From a virus: DNA of 23,327 bases. The notes under the pieces were generated by a model. That model had not been told where the DNA came from. It made no database searches and saw only the letters and a list, made by a program, of their open reading frames with translations. The position numbers were made by a program, and so were the translations under genes. Shown here piece by piece: positions 19,422 to 23,327 of the stretch. The number at the start of each line of letters is the position of its first letter. Position 1 is the stretch's first letter. The stretch lies in the IMG/VR virus record IMGVR_UViG_3300029705_000088; one strand, 5' to 3'.

Positions 19422-20161
19422 TGGTGGCTAAAAGTTTTAAAGATTTTGAAATTTTATGCGAACCTTATGAAATCAGTAAAAAGATGTATGTGCGCGTGCG
19501 CAATCCTAAAACAAAGACCGAACGACAAGTGCGCTGGTATTCAGAAGATGAATATTATAAACTTTATCCAGAAGAGAAAGAAACTGTAAAAGTTCATGAT
19601 ATTTATTACAAACCGCAAAAAGATGTTCTTGGATTTGCGAATGGATTTATCTATATCTTTGATAAAGATATTAATGAGGAAGATGAGCTTTTTGATTGGT
19701 TTCGTATGTATTGCCGCAGATGTACCCGTTTTTGGGGGTGGTATTTTCCGGGCACTGAAACTCTCCCCGATAATCTTCCAACAGAAGTTAATGTCATTAA
19801 ATTAAAATGGGAAGAAGTTGGTAATGATGATGGAAAATTAAAGCCAGAAGACAAAGTAATTGCGGCAGTAGATGCGGCACGCTACCCCGCAGACAATTCA
19901 TCCTCACATGTTGGTTCTATTGGAGAAAGATTAGACCTTACTCTTACTGTAATTAGTGCTATTAAACTTGAAAACAGTTATGGTGTGGGTACATTACATA
20001 CTTTTGAAGATGCTTGCGGCAATCAATATACTTGGATGACTAATGCGAAGAGCTGGGAACCGGGTACAATTAGAAAAATCCGCGGAACAGTAAAAGCGCA
20101 TTCTACCTATAAAGGAAAGCCGCAGACAATTCTTACAAGATGTTCTGAAATAAAATCTTAA
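19421..20161 (+). CDS. Hypothetical protein (246 aa)
   Basis: TAATG overlap with the upstream gene. A long ORF with typical codon usage. Confidence 0.8.
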   Translation: MVAKSFKDFEILCEPYEISKKMYVRVRNPKTKTERQVRWYSEDEYYKLYPEEKETVKVHDIYYKPQKDVLGFANGFIYIFDKDINEEDELFDWFRMYCRRCTRFWGWYFPGTETLPDNLPTEVNVIKLKWEEVGNDDGKLKPEDKVIAAVDAARYPADNSSSHVGSIGERLDLTLTVISAIKLENSYGVGTLHTFEDACGNQYTWMTNAKSWEPGTIRKIRGTVKAHSTYKGKPQTILTRCSEIKS

Positions 20162-20162
20162 T

Positions 20163-20191
20163 TTGATTTTTTATAAAAAATATGATATAAT
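20163..20191 (+). promoter_or_regulatory. Sigma70-type promoter, class B
   Basis: ttgatt at 20163-20168 and tataat at 20186-20191. Confidence 0.75.
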
Positions 20192-20225
20192 ATATATAGA
20201 AAATCAAAAGAGGAGAAAATAAAAT

Positions 20226-20495
20226 ATGGAATATCATACTGAATTTGTAGTCAATTTGAGTACGCTTGAAAAAGAATTAAAAATTCAGTGTAATCTTGAA
20301 GTAGATATTTGTAAATTGTTTGATTTCCATCTTGATGACCCAAGAGCACCTTATAAACAGTTATGGTTTGATGAAAACACAATTACAAGTCTTTATACGG
20401 AAAATTATGATAATGAACAAAGACGTATAATTTATAATTTTCTTGAAGATACATTTTATGATAGAGATTTTATTCTCGTTGATATAACTAAATAA
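20226..20495 (+). CDS. Hypothetical protein (89 aa)
   Basis: RBS aaaagaggagaaaataaaatATG. Confidence 0.8.
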   Translation: MEYHTEFVVNLSTLEKELKIQCNLEVDICKLFDFHLDDPRAPYKQLWFDENTITSLYTENYDNEQRRIIYNFLEDTFYDRDFILVDITK

Positions 20496-20497
20496 TA

Positions 20498-20671
20498 TGT
20501 TTGATAATTTATATTTGCCTCTTTTTTTGATGGATAGAAAAGAAAAATTAGATATGGTCGTTCAGCAGATAATTGAAAATGGTACTTATAGTATTATAGA
20601 AGATTTTTCTCCTGCTGAATTGGACTATATTAGAGAGGAAGTAAGTAAGCGATGTCAAATGAAACTATTGT
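20498..20671 (+). CDS. Possible small protein (57 aa) ending with TAG; it overlaps the start of the next gene
   Basis: ATG lies 2 nt after the upstream TAA. The translation is protein-like (DRKEKLDMVVQQIIENGTYSIIEDFSPAELDYIREEV). There is no RBS. Confidence 0.35.
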
Positions 20672-21836
20672 AGCACAAAAGAATAAGATAGAATGTTTTT
20701 CAAATAATGAGTGGGTTAATGTTGTATTAACTCTTTTTAACAAAGAAGTAAAAGATAAAAAGTATGATAAATTGGGTTATAATAAATGGCGTAATTTATC
20801 AGAATTTGAAGGTTTAATTTATATTGAATTACTTGGTCCTGAAATTTGTGTCCATGAAGAAAATTTTCTTGACGAATATTATTTTAGGATTGATGATAAT
20901 TCATTTGGTGAATTTTTATTTGACCAATATTTTAAAACTATAAAATTAGATATGCCTGAACCTGAAAAAGTTAATATAACTGGTGGAGCTGTTAATGCTC
21001 TTGGGGAATTAACTGATTATTGCATGAAAATGACTACTGATGAAATGCTAAATTATAGAACTTCCGCACAATCTTTAAGTGAATCAATTGATTGTTTGAG
21101 TAAACGTATTGATGTAGTTAAAGATGACATTGATAATCTTTATGCGACAAAACTTGATGTAGATAATTATAATCTTGATAAAGAAAATGATAAGGAGAAT
21201 AAAACAATGATGAAGGGTTTTAATTTTGATTTTGGTTCTTGCGAAAATGATAATGTCCGTATGTCTCTCTATGGTCTTGCCGTAAAGAATGCTGCTGGTA
21301 ATTGGGTTTCTTATAACCAGCAGACTGGTGATATTGTGGATGTGGATATTCTGAATTTTGATGGCGGCAAGTGGATGTGGAAGATGCCGGTTGCGATTAA
21401 GGATGTAATTCCTGGCGCAGTAATTATTCATCAGCGGAAGCCCATGTTTGTTAAGGAAGCTGTTGAAAATAACAAGAAGCTGCTTGTTATTGATGTAATC
21501 AACGGTGAGGAAAAGATGATTCTGCCTGTGCGCTCGCCGTTCGGTTTTGATTTCGTAACGCAGGTAGTCTCGCTGTTTAATCTTAATAACACCGCAACCG
21601 CAGACAATCCGTTTGGTAATATGCTTCCTTTCCTTCTGATGGATGATGACGCAAGCGTAGAAAAGGTATTCCCTCTGATGATGATGAATAGTAATTTCAA
21701 TCTTACGAATAATCCCATGTTTATGTATGCGTTTATGAGTGGTAAGAATGATATGAAGGATATGCTTCCTTTGTTCGCAATGATGAATCGGACTCCTATT
21801 CCTGTTAATGTAATGACTCCTCCTTCCAATAACTAA
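20652..21836 (+). CDS. Hypothetical protein (394 aa) with a low-complexity Met/Pro/Asn-rich C-terminus
   Basis: RBS gaggaagtaagtaagcgATG. Confidence 0.85.
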   Translation: MSNETIVAQKNKIECFSNNEWVNVVLTLFNKEVKDKKYDKLGYNKWRNLSEFEGLIYIELLGPEICVHEENFLDEYYFRIDDNSFGEFLFDQYFKTIKLDMPEPEKVNITGGAVNALGELTDYCMKMTTDEMLNYRTSAQSLSESIDCLSKRIDVVKDDIDNLYATKLDVDNYNLDKENDKENKTMMKGFNFDFGSCENDNVRMSLYGLAVKNAAGNWVSYNQQTGDIVDVDILNFDGGKWMWKMPVAIKDVIPGAVIIHQRKPMFVKEAVENNKKLLVIDVINGEEKMILPVRSPFGFDFVTQVVSLFNLNNTATADNPFGNMLPFLLMDDDASVEKVFPLMMMNSNFNLTNNPMFMYAFMSGKNDMKDMLPLFAMMNRTPIPVNVMTPPSNN

Positions 21837-21840
21837 AAAA

Positions 21841-21871
21841 TAAGCCCTTATGAGTAATTCATAAGGGCTTA
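21841..21871 (+). terminator. Hairpin or terminator (taagcccttatga gtaat tcataagggctta)
   Basis: 13-bp stem with a weak T tract. Confidence 0.6.
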
Positions 21872-21872
21872 C

Positions 21873-21901
21873 TTGATTTTTATAAAAAAATATGATATAA
21901 T
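21873..21901 (+). promoter_or_regulatory. Sigma70-type promoter, class B
   Basis: ttgatt at 21873-21878 and tataat at 21896-21901. Confidence 0.75.
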
Positions 21902-21919
21902 ATTTATAGAAAATAAAAA

Positions 21920-23327
21920 ATGAGAAAAGAAAGTGTGAGATATATGAATTCTTATCCTTACGAATCACTTACAACTAATGAAATTGATATGATGTATTTC
22001 CGCATTCAGGAAAATGCTTTTGATGATGAAGTAAAAGAAATTTGTGATATGGTTCATCTTCTTCGTTATTGGAACCATAATAAACAATGGCTATTTGAAA
22101 AATTTGGTAACAAATTAATTCTTGAAAAAGAAATTAAATTTGAGAAATCTTATGATATGCTTATTGAAGAAGTTGAAAATGTAATGTTTGAGAATCCTAC
22201 TGTAGAAATAAAAAACTTTACTCAAGCATTTAATGAATTATTTTATAAATGGCGTTATTCTGATTTTGAAACAACTTGTCCTCTTAAGGAGTATGATGTT
22301 GTGCGTGAATTGATGTGGTCTGATAATCTTGCTGTTAATACTTGGAATGGTGATAAAAACTTTAATATTCCTACTCCTGATGGAAGATTTATTCAGATGA
22401 ATCCTGGCTGTAAAGTTAGTAAAATGCTTGGTAAGATTGCGACAGCTTATAATCTTCCTAATTATGAAGAATTCCGTATTGCGCACTCTATGATTCTTAA
22501 CCAGAAAGAAGTTAAAGGAAAGCTTTGTCTTTCTATTCATCCTCTTGATTATATGACCATGAGTGATAATGATAGTAATTGGGAAAGTTGTATGAGCTGG
22601 GATAATAAGGGAGATTATAGATGCGGCACCATTGAAATGATGAATTCTCCGATGGTAGTTGTAGCATATCTTGCCGCAAGTACTCCTATGACATTTACCT
22701 ATTCTTCTGATGAATATCTCTGGTCTAATAAAAAGTGGAGAGAACTTTTCATTGTTAATGAAAATATGATTTGTAGTGTAAAACCATATCCTTATGCGAA
22801 TGAATCATTAACTTTTACTTGTCTTGATTGGCTTAAAGAAATTGCTGGGGCAGACGCATATTCTTCTAAAAAATGTCAATTTAGTTCATGGAAAGATGAT
22901 AATATTATTGCGGAAACTGGTCATAGAGTAAATCTTCATTTTTATACTAATAATATGTATAATGATTTTTACACTTGTCTGCATTATGTTTATTTAAATA
23001 AAAATATTCACGATACAGATATTACTACTTCCTATTCTGGTGAATTAATCTGTATGTGTTGCGGCAAGGATGTAGCACATTTTTCTGAAAATTACAATTT
23101 ACTTTGTGATGACTGTAATAATGTTAGAATTTGTAGTCATTGTGGAGAAACAATTTACTCAAATGATGAATGGTATGAAGTAGATGGAGAAATTGTTTGT
23201 AGTTGCTGCTATGATAACACTTGTAGTTGTGATGAATGCGGCGATTGTCATTTCTCTGACAATATGGTAGTTGTAAAAATCGCAATTGACCATGATAAAC
23301 TTACTGCACAGTATGTTACTCTTTGTT
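21920..23327 (+). CDS. Large hypothetical protein, 3'-truncated by the window edge (more than 460 aa), with Cys-rich CxxC repeats towards the C-terminus
   Basis: The frame is open from ATG 21920 (or 21944) to the window end and has no stop. It is probably absent from the track for that reason. Confidence 0.7.
   Translation, partial: MRKESVRYMNSYPYESLTTNEIDMMYFRIQENAFDDEVKEICDMVHLLRYWNHNKQWLFEKFGNKLILEKEIKFEKSYDMLIEEVENVMFENPTVEIKNFTQAFNELFYKWRYSDFETTCPLKEYDVVRELMWSDNLAVNTWNGDKNFNIPTPDGRFIQMNPGCKVSKMLGKIATAYNLPNYEEFRIAHSMILNQKEVKGKLCLSIHPLDYMTMSDNDSNWESCMSWDNKGDYRCGTIEMMNSPMVVVAYLAASTPMTFTYSSDEYLWSNKKWRELFIVNENMICSVKPYPYANESLTFTCLDWLKEIAGADAYSSKKCQFSSWKDDNIIAETGHRVNLHFYTNNMYNDFYTCLHYVYLNKNIHDTDITTSYSGELICMCCGKDVAHFSENYNLLCDDCNNVRICSHCGETIYSNDEWYEVDGEIVCSCCYDNTCSCDECGDCHFSDNMVVVKIAIDHDKLTAQYVTLC

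Noticed and set aside
1-23327. CRISPR arrays, rRNA, transposase or integrase genes
   Set aside because: No regularly spaced repeat-and-spacer arrays were found. The repeats present are iteron-like or tandem without unique spacers. No ORF has transposase or integrase motifs, and there are no rRNA-like conserved blocks.

Overview
This window is an AT-rich (roughly 33% GC) phage-like segment. It is densely packed with short, mostly plus-strand genes, nearly all of them hypothetical. Promoter and ribosome-binding-site grammar is bacterial sigma70/SigA type with strong GGAGG-like RBSs, consistent with a low-GC Gram-positive host. I cannot assign a taxon from the sequence.

**Left part (1..12731).** This looks like an early host-takeover block. 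About 20 small genes are each driven by its own nearly identical strong promoter (TTGACA, 17 bp, extended TGnTATAAT) with a conserved upstream TTTCGCAAAACC element. Most transcripts begin with a G/C hairpin at the 5' end. Recognisable products are:
- a HAD/NT5C-type 5'-deoxynucleotidase whose frame is broken by a -1 shift;
- a DnaQ-like DEDDh 3'-5' exonuclease;
- two T5orf172/GIY-YIG-like paralogues;
- a UPF0316/DUF2179-like membrane protein;
- a duplicated two-gene cassette with atypical, high-expression-like codon usage;
- a 107-nt tRNA-like gene with a canonical T-arm, 7-bp acceptor stem and CCA end, under its own promoter.

Large non-coding tracts (405..1440, 2284..2560, 12732..13210) carry iteron-like TGTGAACAAATTGT arrays, a 26-bp-arm palindrome, TGTGA-N6-TCACA sites and GC-rich hairpin islands.

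**Right part (13214..end).** This block uses a second promoter class (TTGAYT, 17 bp, TATGATATAAT) and holds longer genes, including a convergent minus-strand operon (14099..15830).

**Main result.** Five genes with good RBS-supported starts (15147..15830-, 14649..14930-, 16574..17041+, 17034..17375+, 17606..17881+) contain 14 in-frame TAG codons between them. Those frames have no TAA or TGA. The amber codon therefore appears to be read as sense in this block. One of these genes encodes a double winged-helix, RepA-like DNA-binding protein flanked by arrays of a 24-bp direct repeat.
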